DNA of 64,000 nt from Escherichia coli (GTDB lineage Bacteria > Pseudomonadota > Gammaproteobacteria > Enterobacterales > Enterobacteriaceae). The stretch lies in assembly GCF_003018255.1 (NCBI RefSeq), contig NZ_CP027440.1. One strand, 5' to 3'. Below the pieces are notes generated by a model. The model did not search any database, was not told the origin of the DNA, and saw only the letters and a list, made by a program, of their open reading frames with translations. Shown piece after piece: positions 24,927 through 35,860 of the stretch. A program made the position numbers and the translations under genes. The number at the start of each line of letters is the position of its first letter. Position 1 is the first letter of the stretch.

Positions 24927-25314
24927 TATATTGACCCTTTCCTGCGGTCTGTGATGTAGGTCGATACACTGTTCTTTCAGGCGGCTGCAATAGCGCACTG
25001 AAAGGTGATGTTTGTTTACTCTATGGATTTCGTGTTGCAGGAAGGCGGCAAGCGAGTGAACTCCAGGAGCTTACAACAGTAAGTAACTGGGGTGAACGAA
25101 CGTAGCCGCAGCATATGCAACTTGAAATACGACGAGTAAATCGTTTGCGTGTTGCCTGAGTTGTTGTACCACATTTTTTTCTAACACGCCCATCAGAATT
25201 AAGGGCAGAATCGGCCTGTTAAAAACCGCTGAAATTGCTCATCATTATGCAGGTGAGTTTCGCGTGTTCACGTCGCGTCGACGATTTGACGCACAAAAAA
25301 GGTGAAAAGTAGTT

Positions 25315-26427
25315 ATGGTAAATGTTCGTCAGCCCAGGGATGTCGCACAAATTCTGCTTTCGGTGCTGTTTTTAGCCATCATGATTGTGGCATGTCTGTG
25401 GATTGTTCAACCCTTTATTCTCGGCTTTGCATGGGCCGGTACAGTGGTTATCGCCACCTGGCCGGTATTGTTACGTTTGCAAAAGATCATGTTTGGCCGC
25501 CGCTCTCTCGCCGTTCTGGTGATGACGCTGTTATTAGTGATGGTGTTTATCATCCCTATTGCCTTGTTGGTTAACAGTATTGTCGATGGCAGCGGTCCGC
25601 TAATTAAAGCCATTTCCAGCGGTGACATGACGTTACCCGATCTGGCGTGGCTTAATACCATTCCGGTGATTGGCGCGAAGCTATATGCAGGCTGGCACAA
25701 CTTGCTGGATATGGGGGGTACGGCGATCATGGCGAAAGTCCGTCCTTATATTGGCACCACCACCACCTGGTTCGTTGGGCAGGCGGCGCATATCGGGCGC
25801 TTTATGGTGCATTGTGCGCTGATGCTTCTCTTCAGTGCCCTGCTGTACTGGCGCGGTGAACAGGTGGCACAAGGCATTCGCCATTTTGCAACCCGTCTGG
25901 CAGGCGTTCGCGGTGATGCTGCTGTGCTACTGGCGGCACAGGCTATCCGCGCGGTGGCGCTGGGTGTGGTGGTGACGGCGTTAGTACAGGCAGTGCTTGG
26001 CGGTATCGGCCTCGCCGTATCCGGCGTACCTTATGCAACTTTGCTCACGGTGTTAATGATCCTCTCCTGCCTTGTCCAGCTTGGACCGTTGCCGGTACTG
26101 ATTCCGGCGATTATCTGGCTCTACTGGACCGGTGATACCACCTGGGGAACGGTATTGTTAGTGTGGAGCGGTGTGGTTGGCACGCTGGATAACGTCATCC
26201 GCCCAATGTTAATTCGCATGGGTGCCGATTTACCGCTGATCCTGATCCTCTCTGGTGTTATTGGTGGTTTGATTGCTTTCGGGATGATCGGCCTGTTTAT
26301 TGGTCCGGTTCTGTTAGCCGTTTCCTGGCGTCTTTTTGCCGCGTGGGTGGAAGAAGTCCCACCGCCGACGGACCAACCGGAAGAAATTCTCGAAGAACTT
26401 GGCGAAATCGAGAAATCGAATAAGTAA
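25315..26427 (+). CDS. ydiK: AI-2E (PerM) family membrane transporter, 370 aa
   Basis: Multi-TM hydrophobic ORF; synteny. Confidence 0.9.
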   Translation: MVNVRQPRDVAQILLSVLFLAIMIVACLWIVQPFILGFAWAGTVVIATWPVLLRLQKIMFGRRSLAVLVMTLLLVMVFIIPIALLVNSIVDGSGPLIKAISSGDMTLPDLAWLNTIPVIGAKLYAGWHNLLDMGGTAIMAKVRPYIGTTTTWFVGQAAHIGRFMVHCALMLLFSALLYWRGEQVAQGIRHFATRLAGVRGDAAVLLAAQAIRAVALGVVVTALVQAVLGGIGLAVSGVPYATLLTVLMILSCLVQLGPLPVLIPAIIWLYWTGDTTWGTVLLVWSGVVGTLDNVIRPMLIRMGADLPLILILSGVIGGLIAFGMIGLFIGPVLLAVSWRLFAAWVEEVPPPTDQPEEILEELGEIEKSNK

Positions 26428-26433
26428 TTTCTC

Positions 26434-26458
26434 ATCAGGCGGCTCTGCCGCCTGATTG
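26434..26458 (+). terminator. Weak terminator hairpin after ydiK
   Basis: Stem atcaggcggc/gccgcctgat with only a short T tract. Confidence 0.35.
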
Positions 26459-26612
26459 TTAACCCCTGCTAATTGATATTTGCTTGCTCTTCCCCATATT
26501 TTCCTGCTTACCGCCATTCAGCTGGTAGTACCTGTCGCAAATTCTTTACAGTTTTTAAACTAATGAGACGAATCTGATCGACGCAAAAAGTCCGTATGCC
26601 TACTATTAGCTC

Positions 26613-26717
26613 ACGGTTATAAATCAACATATTGATTTATAAGCATGGAAATCCCCTGAGTGAAACAACGAATTGCTGTGTGTAGTCTTTGCCCATCTCC
26701 CACGATGGGCTTTTTTT
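26613..26717 (+). ncRNA. rprA: RprA small regulatory RNA (RpoS translational activator), about 105 nt
   Basis: Sequence ACGGTTATAAATCAACATATTGATTTATAAGCATGGAAATCCCCTGAGTGAAACAACGAATTGCTGTGTGTAGTCTTTGCCCATCTCCCACGATGGGCTTTTTTTT recognised as RprA, with terminal hairpin and T-run. Confidence 0.9.
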
Positions 26718-26855
26718 TAACATTTTTCCGCTTTGCTATCTCGCCCCTCACGCTTTCCAATAATGTTGCACAAGATACTGTGACTCTCTTCAAGCCGTCA
26801 GCAGGCTGATAATGTTATTTATATTTTATTGTTTATTTCATGCAGCCATTACACG

Positions 26856-27212
26856 ATGAACGCTTATGAACTCCAGGCACTTCGCCATATTTTTGCCATG
26901 ACTATTGATGAATGCGCGACCTGGATTGCCCAGACCGATGACAGTGAAAGCTGGCGTCAGTGGGAAAATGGCAAATGCGCCATTCCTGATCGTGTAGTCG
27001 AGCAACTGTTGGCTATGCGTCAGCAACGAAAAAAACATCTTCATGCCATCATAGAGAAAATAAATAACCGCATCGGCAACAACACCATGCGTTTTTTCCC
27101 CGACTTAACCGTGTTTCAACAAGTCTACCCTGATGGCAATTTTATTGACTGGAAGATCTATCAATCGGTAGCCGCTGAATTATATGCACACGATCTGGAG
27201 CGGCTTTGTTAA
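26856..27212 (+). CDS. ydiL: Uncharacterised protein, 118 aa
   Basis: Track ORF begins at a TTG at 26829; the ATG at 26856 gives MNAYELQALRH. Confidence 0.8.
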   Translation: MNAYELQALRHIFAMTIDECATWIAQTDDSESWRQWENGKCAIPDRVVEQLLAMRQQRKKHLHAIIEKINNRIGNNTMRFFPDLTVFQQVYPDGNFIDWKIYQSVAAELYAHDLERLC

Positions 27213-27311
27213 TTTCTCCACACAAAGGAATTGTCTTTGTTACAACAATAATGAACGGATACTGACACAACATCTCTACACTTTTTAAAGCACCTTTGCT
27301 AAGTAGAACCT

Positions 27312-28526
27312 ATGAAAAATCCCTATTACCCTACCGCACTTGGGTTGTATTTTAATTACCTGGTGCATGGTATGGGCGTCATTTTGATGAGCCTGAATAT
27401 GGCCTCGCTGGAGACGCTTTGGCAGACTAATGCCGCGGGCGTCTCGATAGTTATCTCATCACTGGGCATTGGTCGATTAAGTGTCTTGCTTTTTGCAGGA
27501 TTATTATCCGATCGCTTTGGTCGCCGCCCTTTTATCATGCTCGGGATGTGCTGCTATATGGCCTTCTTTTTTGGCATCCTGCACACCAATAACATCATTA
27601 TCGCTTATGTTTTTGGCTTTCTGGCGGGAATGGCAAACAGTTTTCTCGATGCAGGCACCTATCCCAGTTTGATGGAAGCTTTTCCACGCTCACCGGGTAC
27701 AGCCAATATTTTAATTAAAGCATTTGTTTCCAGCGGACAATTTTTATTACCGCTAATTATCAGCCTGTTAGTGTGGGCTGAACTGTGGTTCGGTTGGTCC
27801 TTTATGATTGCCGCAGGCATTATGTTTATTAACGCTCTGCTTTTATACCGTTGTACGTTCCCACCCCATCCGGGTCGTCACTTACCTGTCATAAAGAAAA
27901 CCACCAGCTCTACGGAACATCGCTGTTCAATTATCGATTTAGCCAGTTATTCCCTATATGGCTATATCTCAATGGCAACGTTTTATCTGGTTAGCCAGTG
28001 GCTGGCACAATACGGACAATTTGTCGCCGGCATGTCATACACCATGTCGATCAAATTACTCAGTATCTACACCGTGGGTTCGCTGCTTTGTGTATTTATT
28101 ACCGCTCCACTCATTCGTAATACCGTTCGCCCAACAACATTACTGATGCTGTACACCTTTATCTCATTTATCGCCCTGCTCACCGTCTGCCTGCATCCCA
28201 CATTTTATGTGGTGATAATATTTGCTTTCGTCATCGGTTTTACCTCCGCAGGCGGTGTTGTACAAATTGGCCTGACGTTAATGGCGGAACGTTTTCCCTA
28301 CGCTAAAGGAAAAGCAACGGGGATCTATTACAGTGCGGGCAGCATTGCAACCTTTACTATTCCGTTGATTACGGCTCATCTTTCGCAAAGAAGTATTGCC
28401 GATATTATGTGGTTCGATACCGCCATCGCTGCCATCGGCTTTATACTGGCACTGTTTATTGGCTTACGCAGTCGCAAAGAAACGCGGCATCACTCGCTAA
28501 AGGAAAATGTCGCTCCGGGTGGGTAA
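27312..28526 (+). CDS. ydiM: MFS transporter, 404 aa
   Basis: 12-TM MFS-like hydrophobic profile with D-R/K motif (SDRFGRRP). Confidence 0.85.
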   Translation: MKNPYYPTALGLYFNYLVHGMGVILMSLNMASLETLWQTNAAGVSIVISSLGIGRLSVLLFAGLLSDRFGRRPFIMLGMCCYMAFFFGILHTNNIIIAYVFGFLAGMANSFLDAGTYPSLMEAFPRSPGTANILIKAFVSSGQFLLPLIISLLVWAELWFGWSFMIAAGIMFINALLLYRCTFPPHPGRHLPVIKKTTSSTEHRCSIIDLASYSLYGYISMATFYLVSQWLAQYGQFVAGMSYTMSIKLLSIYTVGSLLCVFITAPLIRNTVRPTTLLMLYTFISFIALLTVCLHPTFYVVIIFAFVIGFTSAGGVVQIGLTLMAERFPYAKGKATGIYYSAGSIATFTIPLITAHLSQRSIADIMWFDTAIAAIGFILALFIGLRSRKETRHHSLKENVAPGG

Positions 28527-28752
28527 TGCAATATTCTTTTCAGGTCATGCAAGATCTTACGGATAAATAACTCTTTCTGCGCTAACTAAGGAAAATCGCG
28601 ATCAAAAACAAACTATGACATGCAATATTCCTGGAAACATAAACTTTATGCCATGTACCCAGGGAAAATTATCTTCAGTATAGTAATTATGTAAACCGTC
28701 GGAGAACAATACGTACGGTAACGAAATTATCTTTCAGCAAGGAGCTGTGAAA

Positions 28753-30018
28753 ATGTCTCAAAATAAGGCTTTCAGCACGCCATTTATCCTGGCTGTTCTT
28801 TGTATTTACTTCAGCTATTTCCTGCACGGCATTAGTGTTATTACGCTTGCCCAAAACATGACATCTTTGGCAGAAAAGTTTTCCACTGACAACGCGGGCA
28901 TTGCCTATTTAATTTCCGGTATCGGATTGGGGCGATTGATCAGTATTTTATTCTTCGGAGTGATCTCCGATAAGTTTGGTCGTCGGGCGGTGATATTAAT
29001 GGCAGTAATAATGTATCTGCTATTCTTCTTTGGTATTCCTGCTTGCCCGAATTTAACTCTCGCCTACTGTCTGGCAGTGTGCGTAGGTATCGCTAACTCA
29101 GCGCTGGATACGGGTGGCTACCCCGCGCTTATGGAATGCTTTCCGAAAGCCTCTGGTTCGGCGGTCATACTGGTTAAAGCGATGGTGTCATTCGGGCAAA
29201 TGTTCTACCCAATGCTGGTGAGCTATATGTTGCTCAATAACATCTGGTACGGCTATGGGCTGATTATTCCGGGTATTCTGTTTGTACTGATCACGCTGAT
29301 GCTGTTGAAAAGCAAATTCCCCAGCCAGTTGGTGGACGCCAGCGTAGCTAATGAATTACCGCAAATGAACAGCAAACCGTTAGTCTGGCTGGAAGGTGTT
29401 TCATCAGTACTGTTCGGTGTAGCCGCATTCTCGACCTTTTATGTGATTGTGGTGTGGATGCCCAAATATGCGATGGCTTTTGCTGGTATGTCAGAAGCTG
29501 AGGCATTAAAAACCATCTCTTATTACAGTATGGGTTCGCTGGTCTGTGTCTTTATTTTTGCCGCCCTGCTGAAAAAAATGGTCCGGCCCATCTGGGCTAA
29601 TGTATTTAACTCTGCACTGGCAACAATAACAGCTGCCATTATCTACCTGTACCCTTCTCCATTGGTGTGTAATGCCGGAGCCTTTGTTATCGGTTTCTCA
29701 GCAGCTGGCGGCATTTTACAGCTCGGCGTTTCGGTCATGTCAGAGTTTTTCCCAAAAAGCAAAGCCAAAGTCACCAGTATATATATGATGATGGGTGGAC
29801 TGGCTAACTTTGTTATTCCGCTGATTACCGGTTATCTGTCGAACATCGGCCTGCAATATATCATTGTTCTCGATTTTACTTTCGCGCTGCTGGCCCTGAT
29901 TACCGCAATTATTGTTTTTATCCGCTATTACCGCGTTTTCATTATTCCTGAAAATGATGTGCGGTTTGGCGAGCATAAATTTAGCACCCGGTTAAACACG
30001 ATTAAGCATAGAGGTTAA
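28753..30018 (+). CDS. ydiN: MFS transporter paralogous to YdiM, 421 aa
   Basis: Track ORF begins at a GTG at 28747; ATG at 28753 follows an AAGGAG RBS; SDKFGRR motif. Confidence 0.85.
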
Positions 30019-30029
30019 AGGAGTTAATT

Positions 30030-30896
30030 ATGGATGTTACCGCAAAATACGAATTGATTGGGTTGATGGCCTATCCCATCCGCCACAGTTTATCGCCCGA
30101 AATGCAGAATAAAGCCTTAGAAAAAGCGGGATTGCCATTTACCTATATGGCCTTTGAAGTGGATAACGATAGTTTTCCCGGAGCAATTGAAGGATTAAAA
30201 GCCCTCAAAATGCGCGGAACTGGTGTATCAATGCCGAACAAACAACTGGCGTGTGAATATGTTGATGAATTAACGCCAGCGGCCAAACTGGTGGGAGCCA
30301 TCAACACCATCGTTAATGATGATGGCTATCTGCGTGGCTATAACACCGACGGCACGGGTCATATTCGCGCCATTAAAGAGAGCGGTTTTGATATCAAAGG
30401 CAAAACGATGGTGCTATTAGGGGCCGGTGGTGCCTCAACGGCAATTGGCGCGCAGGGGGCAATTGAAGGTTTAAAAGAAATTAAACTCTTTAACCGTCGG
30501 GATGAGTTCTTCGATAAAGCTCTCGCCTTCGCGCAGCGGGTTAACGAAAACACCGATTGCGTCGTGACAGTCACCGATCTCGCCGATCAGCAAGCCTTTG
30601 CAGAAGCCCTGGCTTCCGCCGACATTTTAACCAATGGCACCAAAGTGGGTATGAAACCCCTTGAGAATGAATCATTGGTTAATGATATCAGTCTGTTACA
30701 TCCGGGACTTCTGGTCACTGAATGCGTGTATAACCCTCATATGACGAAGTTATTGCAGCAGGCGCAACAAGCGGGTTGCAAAACGATTGATGGATACGGC
30801 ATGTTGTTGTGGCAAGGGGCTGAACAGTTCACGTTATGGACTGGCAAAGATTTCCCTCTGGAATATGTTAAACAGGTCATGGGGTTCGGTGCCTGA
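30030..30896 (+). CDS. ydiB: Quinate/shikimate 5-dehydrogenase (NAD(P)), 288 aa
   Basis: AroE-paralog sequence with GAGGA nucleotide-binding motif. Confidence 0.9.
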
Positions 30897-30926
30897 CAGG
30901 CTGACCGCGTGCAGAAAGGGTAAAAA

Positions 30927-31685
30927 ATGAAAACCGTAACTGTAAAAGATCTCGTCATTGGTACGGGCGCACCTAAAATCATCGTCTCGCTGATGGCGAA
31001 AGATATCGCCAGCGTGAAATCCGAAGCTCTCGCCTATCGTGAAGCGGACTTTGATATTCTGGAATGGCGTGTGGACCACTATGCCGATCTCTCCAATGTG
31101 GAGTCTGTCATAGCGGCAGCAAAAATTCTCCGTGAAACCATGCCAGAAAAACCGCTGCTGTTTACCTTCCGCAGTGCCAAAGAAGGCGGCGAGCAGGCGA
31201 TTTCCACCGAGGCTTATATTGCACTCAATCGTGCAGCCATCGACAGCGGCCTGGTTGATATAATCGATCTGGAGTTATTTACCGGCGATGATCAGGTTAA
31301 AGAAACCGTCGCCTACGCCCACGCGCATGATGTGAAAGTTGTCATGTCCAACCATGACTTCCATAAAACGCCGGAAGCCGAAGAAATCATTGCCCGTCTG
31401 CGCAAAATGCAGTCCTTCGATGCCGATATTCCTAAGATTGCGCTGATGCCGCAAAGTACCAGCGATGTGCTGACGTTGCTTGCTGCGACCCTGGAGATGC
31501 AGGAGCAGTATGCCGATCGTCCAATCATCACGATGTCGATGGCAAAAACTGGCGTAATTTCTCGTCTGGCTGGTGAAGTATTTGGCTCGGCGGCAACTTT
31601 TGGTGCGGTAAAAAAAGCCTCTGCGCCAGGGCAAATCTCGGTAAATGATTTGCGTACGGTATTAACTATTTTACATCAGGCATAA
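30927..31685 (+). CDS. aroD: 3-dehydroquinate dehydratase type I, 252 aa
   Basis: Sequence recognised as AroD; hairpin cggcggg...cccgccg follows the stop. Confidence 0.95.
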   Translation: MKTVTVKDLVIGTGAPKIIVSLMAKDIASVKSEALAYREADFDILEWRVDHYADLSNVESVIAAAKILRETMPEKPLLFTFRSAKEGGEQAISTEAYIALNRAAIDSGLVDIIDLELFTGDDQVKETVAYAHAHDVKVVMSNHDFHKTPEAEEIIARLRKMQSFDADIPKIALMPQSTSDVLTLLAATLEMQEQYADRPIITMSMAKTGVISRLAGEVFGSAATFGAVKKASAPGQISVNDLRTVLTILHQA

Positions 31686-31830
31686 GCAATAATATTTCGG
31701 CGGGAATACTCTCCCCCGCCGAACTAAAAAAAGTATTTTTAACCGTATTTAATAAAAATATTTCGTGAGTCTCTGTGCGCTAATTCTCCATCTGGCGTAG
31801 GGAAAATCACACCTGAATCAGGAATTAACA

Positions 31831-33426
31831 ATGAAACCTGTAAAACCACCTCGCATTAATGGACGAGTGCCGGTCCTGTCGGCACAGGAAGCGGTGAATT
31901 ATATTCCCGACGAAGCAACACTTTGTGTGTTAGGCGCTGGCGGCGGTATTCTGGAAGCCACCACGTTAATTACTGCTCTTGCTGATAAATATAAACAGAC
32001 TCAAACACCACGTAATTTATCGATTATTAGTCCAACAGGGCTTGGCGATCGCGCCGACCGTGGTATTAGTCCGCTGGCGCAAGAAGGCCTGGTGAAATGG
32101 GCATTATGCGGTCACTGGGGACAATCGCCGCGTATTTCTGATCTCGCAGAACAAAATAAAATTATTGCTTATAACTATCCACAAGGTGTACTTACACAAA
32201 CCTTACGCGCCGCCGCAGCCCACCAGCCTGGTATTATTAGTGATATTGGCATCGGAACATTTGTCGATCCACGCCAGCAAGGCGGCAAACTGAATGAAGT
32301 CACTAAAGAAGACCTGATTAAACTGGTCGAGTTTGATAACAAAGAATATCTCTATTACAAAGCGATAGCGCCAGATATCGCCTTCATTCGCGCTACCACC
32401 TGCGACAGCGAAGGCTACGCCACTTTTGAAGATGAGGTGATGTATCTCGACGCATTGGTTATTGCTCAGGCGGTGCACAATAACGGCGGTATTGTGATGA
32501 TGCAGGTGCAGAAAATGGTTAAGAAAGCCACGCTGCATCCTAAATCTGTCCGTATTCCGGGTTATCTGGTGGATATTGTGGTGGTCGATCCGGATCAAAC
32601 CCAACTGTATGGCGGAGCGCCGGTTAACCGCTTTATTTCTGGTGACTTCACCCTTGATGACAGCACCAAACTTAGCCTGCCCCTAAACCAACGTAAATTA
32701 GTTGCACGGCGTGCATTATTCGAAATGCGCAAAGGCGCAGTGGGGAATGTCGGCGTCGGTATTGCTGACGGCATTGGCCTGGTCGCCCGGGAAGAAGGTT
32801 GTGCTGATGACTTTATTCTGACGGTAGAAACAGGTCCGATTGGCGGTATTACTTCACAGGGGATCGCCTTTGGCGCGAACGTGAATACCCGCGCCATTCT
32901 GGATATGACGTCCCAGTTTGATTTTTATCACGGTGGTGGTCTGGATGTTTGTTATTTGAGTTTTGCTGAAGTCGACCAGCACGGTAACGTCGGCGTGCAT
33001 AAATTCAATGGTAAAATCATGGGCACCGGTGGATTTATTGATATCAGTGCCACTTCGAAGAAAATCGTTTTCTGCGGCACATTAACTGCGGGCAGTTTAA
33101 AAACAGAAATTACCGACGGCAAATTAAATATCGTCCAGGAAGGACGGGTGAAGAAATTTATTCGGGAACTACCAGAAATTACTTTTAGCGGAAAAATCGC
33201 GCTCGAGCGAGGGCTGGATGTTCGTTATATCACTGAGCGCGCCGTATTCACGCTGAAAGAAGACGGCCTGCATTTAATCGAAATCGCTCCTGGCGTCGAT
33301 TTACAAAAAGATATTCTCGACAAAATGGATTTCACCCCAGTGATTTCGCCAGAACTCAAACTGATGGACGAAAGATTATTTATCGATGCGGCGATGGGTT
33401 TTGTCCTGCCTGAAGCGGCTCATTAA
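31831..33426 (+). CDS. ydiF: Acyl-CoA:acetate CoA-transferase with fused alpha/beta subunits, 531 aa
   Basis: Family I CoA-transferase sequence; synteny. Confidence 0.9.
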   Translation: MKPVKPPRINGRVPVLSAQEAVNYIPDEATLCVLGAGGGILEATTLITALADKYKQTQTPRNLSIISPTGLGDRADRGISPLAQEGLVKWALCGHWGQSPRISDLAEQNKIIAYNYPQGVLTQTLRAAAAHQPGIISDIGIGTFVDPRQQGGKLNEVTKEDLIKLVEFDNKEYLYYKAIAPDIAFIRATTCDSEGYATFEDEVMYLDALVIAQAVHNNGGIVMMQVQKMVKKATLHPKSVRIPGYLVDIVVVDPDQTQLYGGAPVNRFISGDFTLDDSTKLSLPLNQRKLVARRALFEMRKGAVGNVGVGIADGIGLVAREEGCADDFILTVETGPIGGITSQGIAFGANVNTRAILDMTSQFDFYHGGGLDVCYLSFAEVDQHGNVGVHKFNGKIMGTGGFIDISATSKKIVFCGTLTAGSLKTEITDGKLNIVQEGRVKKFIRELPEITFSGKIALERGLDVRYITERAVFTLKEDGLHLIEIAPGVDLQKDILDKMDFTPVISPELKLMDERLFIDAAMGFVLPEAAH

Positions 33427-33439
33427 CAGGAGTATAATG

Positions 33440-34591
33440 ATGGATTTTTCTTTAACTGAAGAACAAGAACTGCTGCTGGCCAGTATTCGCGAACTGATTA
33501 CGACTAACTTTCCGGAAGAGTATTTCCGCACCTGCGATCAAAACGGGACATACCCGCGTGAATTTATGCGGGCACTGGCGGATAACGGTATTTCCATGCT
33601 TGGCGTGCCGGAAGAATTTGGTGGTATCCCTGCGGATTACGTCACCCAAATGCTGGCGCTGATGGAAGTGTCAAAATGCGGTGCCCCGGCATTTTTGATC
33701 ACCAACGGTCAATGTATTCACAGTATGCGCCGTTTCGGTTCTGCAGAGCAGCTACGTAAAACGGCGGAAAGCACCCTGGAAACGGGTGATCCCGCCTATG
33801 CCCTGGCATTGACGGAACCAGGCGCAGGCTCAGATAACAACAGCGCCACCACCACTTACACGCGTAAAAACGGCAAGGTTTACATCAACGGCCAGAAAAC
33901 CTTTATTACCGGTGCGAAAGAGTACCCGTATATGCTGGTGCTGGCGCGCGATCCAGAACCGAAAGATCCGAAAAAGGCCTTCACCCTGTGGTGGGTCGAC
34001 TCCAGTAAGCCCGGCATTAAGATTAACCCGCTGCATAAAATCGGCTGGCATATGCTCAGCACCTGCAAAGTCTATCTCGACAACGTAGAGGTTGAAGAGA
34101 GCGACATGGTGGGCGAAGAAGGAATGGGTTTCCTCAATGTGATGTATAACTTTGAGATGGAGCGCCTGATCAACGCCGCGCGCAGCACCGGCTTTGCCGA
34201 GTGTGCCTTTGAAGATGCCGCCCGCTATGCCAACCAACGTATCGCTTTTGGTAAGCCCATTGGTCATAACCAGATGATCCAGGAAAAACTGGCGCTGATG
34301 GCGATTAAGATCGACAACATGCGCAACATGGTGTTGAAAGTGGCATGGCAAGCCGATCAGCATCAGTCACTGCGCACCAGCGCGGCGCTGGCAAAACTGT
34401 ACTGCGCACGTACCGCAATGGAAGTTATTGATGATGCGATTCAAATCATGGGCGGTCTGGGCTATACCGATGAGGCGCGCGTCTCTCGCTTCTGGCGTGA
34501 TGTCCGTTGTGAACGTATCGGCGGCGGTACAGACGAAATTATGATTTACGTAGCGGGTCGGCAGATCCTGAAAGATTATCAGAACAAATAA
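33440..34591 (+). CDS. ydiO: Acyl-CoA dehydrogenase family protein, 383 aa
   Basis: Track ORF begins at 33386; AGGAG RBS precedes the ATGATG pair at 33437/33440, giving MDFSLTEEQELL. Confidence 0.85.
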   Translation: MDFSLTEEQELLLASIRELITTNFPEEYFRTCDQNGTYPREFMRALADNGISMLGVPEEFGGIPADYVTQMLALMEVSKCGAPAFLITNGQCIHSMRRFGSAEQLRKTAESTLETGDPAYALALTEPGAGSDNNSATTTYTRKNGKVYINGQKTFITGAKEYPYMLVLARDPEPKDPKKAFTLWWVDSSKPGIKINPLHKIGWHMLSTCKVYLDNVEVEESDMVGEEGMGFLNVMYNFEMERLINAARSTGFAECAFEDAARYANQRIAFGKPIGHNQMIQEKLALMAIKIDNMRNMVLKVAWQADQHQSLRTSAALAKLYCARTAMEVIDDAIQIMGGLGYTDEARVSRFWRDVRCERIGGGTDEIMIYVAGRQILKDYQNK

Positions 34592-34596
34592 TCTGC

Positions 34597-34632
34597 AGGC
34601 GGCGCAGCTTCTTAACAAACTGCGCCGCCAGA
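34597..34632. terminator. Hairpin between convergent ydiO and ydiP
   Basis: Stem ggcggcgcag/ctgcgccgcc with a 12-nt loop; flanking T/A tracts are weak. Confidence 0.4.
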
Positions 34633-34633
34633 T

Positions 34634-35545
34634 TTATCCGGCAAGACTTATCGGTTGAGGAAATTCAGATAAGATTTCTTGTTCCGCAAAACAGTTTTTA
34701 AATTGCCTGCGGTAATCGCTGGGCGAACAGCCGACATGGCGCAAAAACAGTTTGGCAAAGTGATCGACATTTTCATAACCCACACGCCAGGAGATCTCTG
34801 CCTGTGATAATTCAGTATTAGTGAGTGACCATTTCGCTTCCGTCATACGCCGTTGAATAACATAGTTAATAGGGGAAATGCGATACTCTTTGGTAAATTC
34901 ATGGCAAATATAACTGACGCTGGCACGAAACTTTTTCGATAACTGCTCTAAAGTGATTTTTTCGCGATAATTATTATTCAGATAGAAAAGAATATCTTTT
35001 ATCAGAACATCTTTTTTAATATACCCCTGCTCCGAACGATAAGCATTTTTAAAGTTTTCATAGTAAAGAATTGCTAACGTATAGGCAAATGCGTCCCATA
35101 ACGAAGATGTTTGGCTATTTTTACTTTGCGGCAAAATCACACTTAGCTCATTAAATAAGGTTTTAATGACTTCTTTTCCCTGCCCTGCGGCAATTACCGG
35201 GCAAGAATGCGGTTGCAGTAGCTGATTTTCCTCAGCCCCCTGAAACTGAAAGCCGTACAGCGCACAGGTACACGTCGTTGCTGGATCGTTAACGTCAGAG
35301 GCCACCGCATGCAACCTGCCACGTTCTATCACCACAATGTCATCGGCATGCGCGACATATAACGAAGAATCGATGGTAAACCTTGCTACCCCTTTCTTGA
35401 CGTAAATCAACTCGGTTTCATTGTCATGAACGTGATGTCCGGACTCCCATTTTGGATCATCGCTAAATGCAAAACGTGAAAGCCGTGGCGTTTTACCGGC
35501 GACAAACAGCGTTTCGCTGGCGTTATCAAAACAGCGTTGATACAT
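34634..35545 (-). CDS. ydiP: AraC/XylS-family transcriptional regulator, 303 aa
   Basis: C-terminal AraC-type helix-turn-helix region; N-terminal cupin-like domain. Confidence 0.85.
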   Translation of the reverse strand: MYQRCFDNASETLFVAGKTPRLSRFAFSDDPKWESGHHVHDNETELIYVKKGVARFTIDSSLYVAHADDIVVIERGRLHAVASDVNDPATTCTCALYGFQFQGAEENQLLQPHSCPVIAAGQGKEVIKTLFNELSVILPQSKNSQTSSLWDAFAYTLAILYYENFKNAYRSEQGYIKKDVLIKDILFYLNNNYREKITLEQLSKKFRASVSYICHEFTKEYRISPINYVIQRRMTEAKWSLTNTELSQAEISWRVGYENVDHFAKLFLRHVGCSPSDYRRQFKNCFAEQEILSEFPQPISLAG

Positions 35546-35860
35546 GACAACCTCCCTATTCCATGAGCAAGCAAAAACAATATATGCCGGATAAAATACG
35601 GCGTGTATTGCGGTTATACAACCGTGTTTAGCGAGAGCTAAACAAGATTATTTACACTGAATGCAAGATTGTACGGTCATGGAATAACAACATTGCCGCA
35701 AATTGCACTTTTGTTTTAGCGATCGCATTTTTTTTGCAAGATTGTTGGCAAGGAAAACAGCTTGCTCCGTCGAAAACCCCGCACCGCTACCGCACACTAT
35801 TTTCAGGCCATTTTTACCTTCCATCGGAGATGGTTCCGTATGCGACTCACAGGAGAAATC

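Noticed and set aside
33830-34363. 177-aa minus-strand ORF inside ydiO, and similar antisense ORFs inside ydiR/ydiS (37120..38474)
   Set aside because: Antisense shadow frames within recognised ETF-cluster genes.
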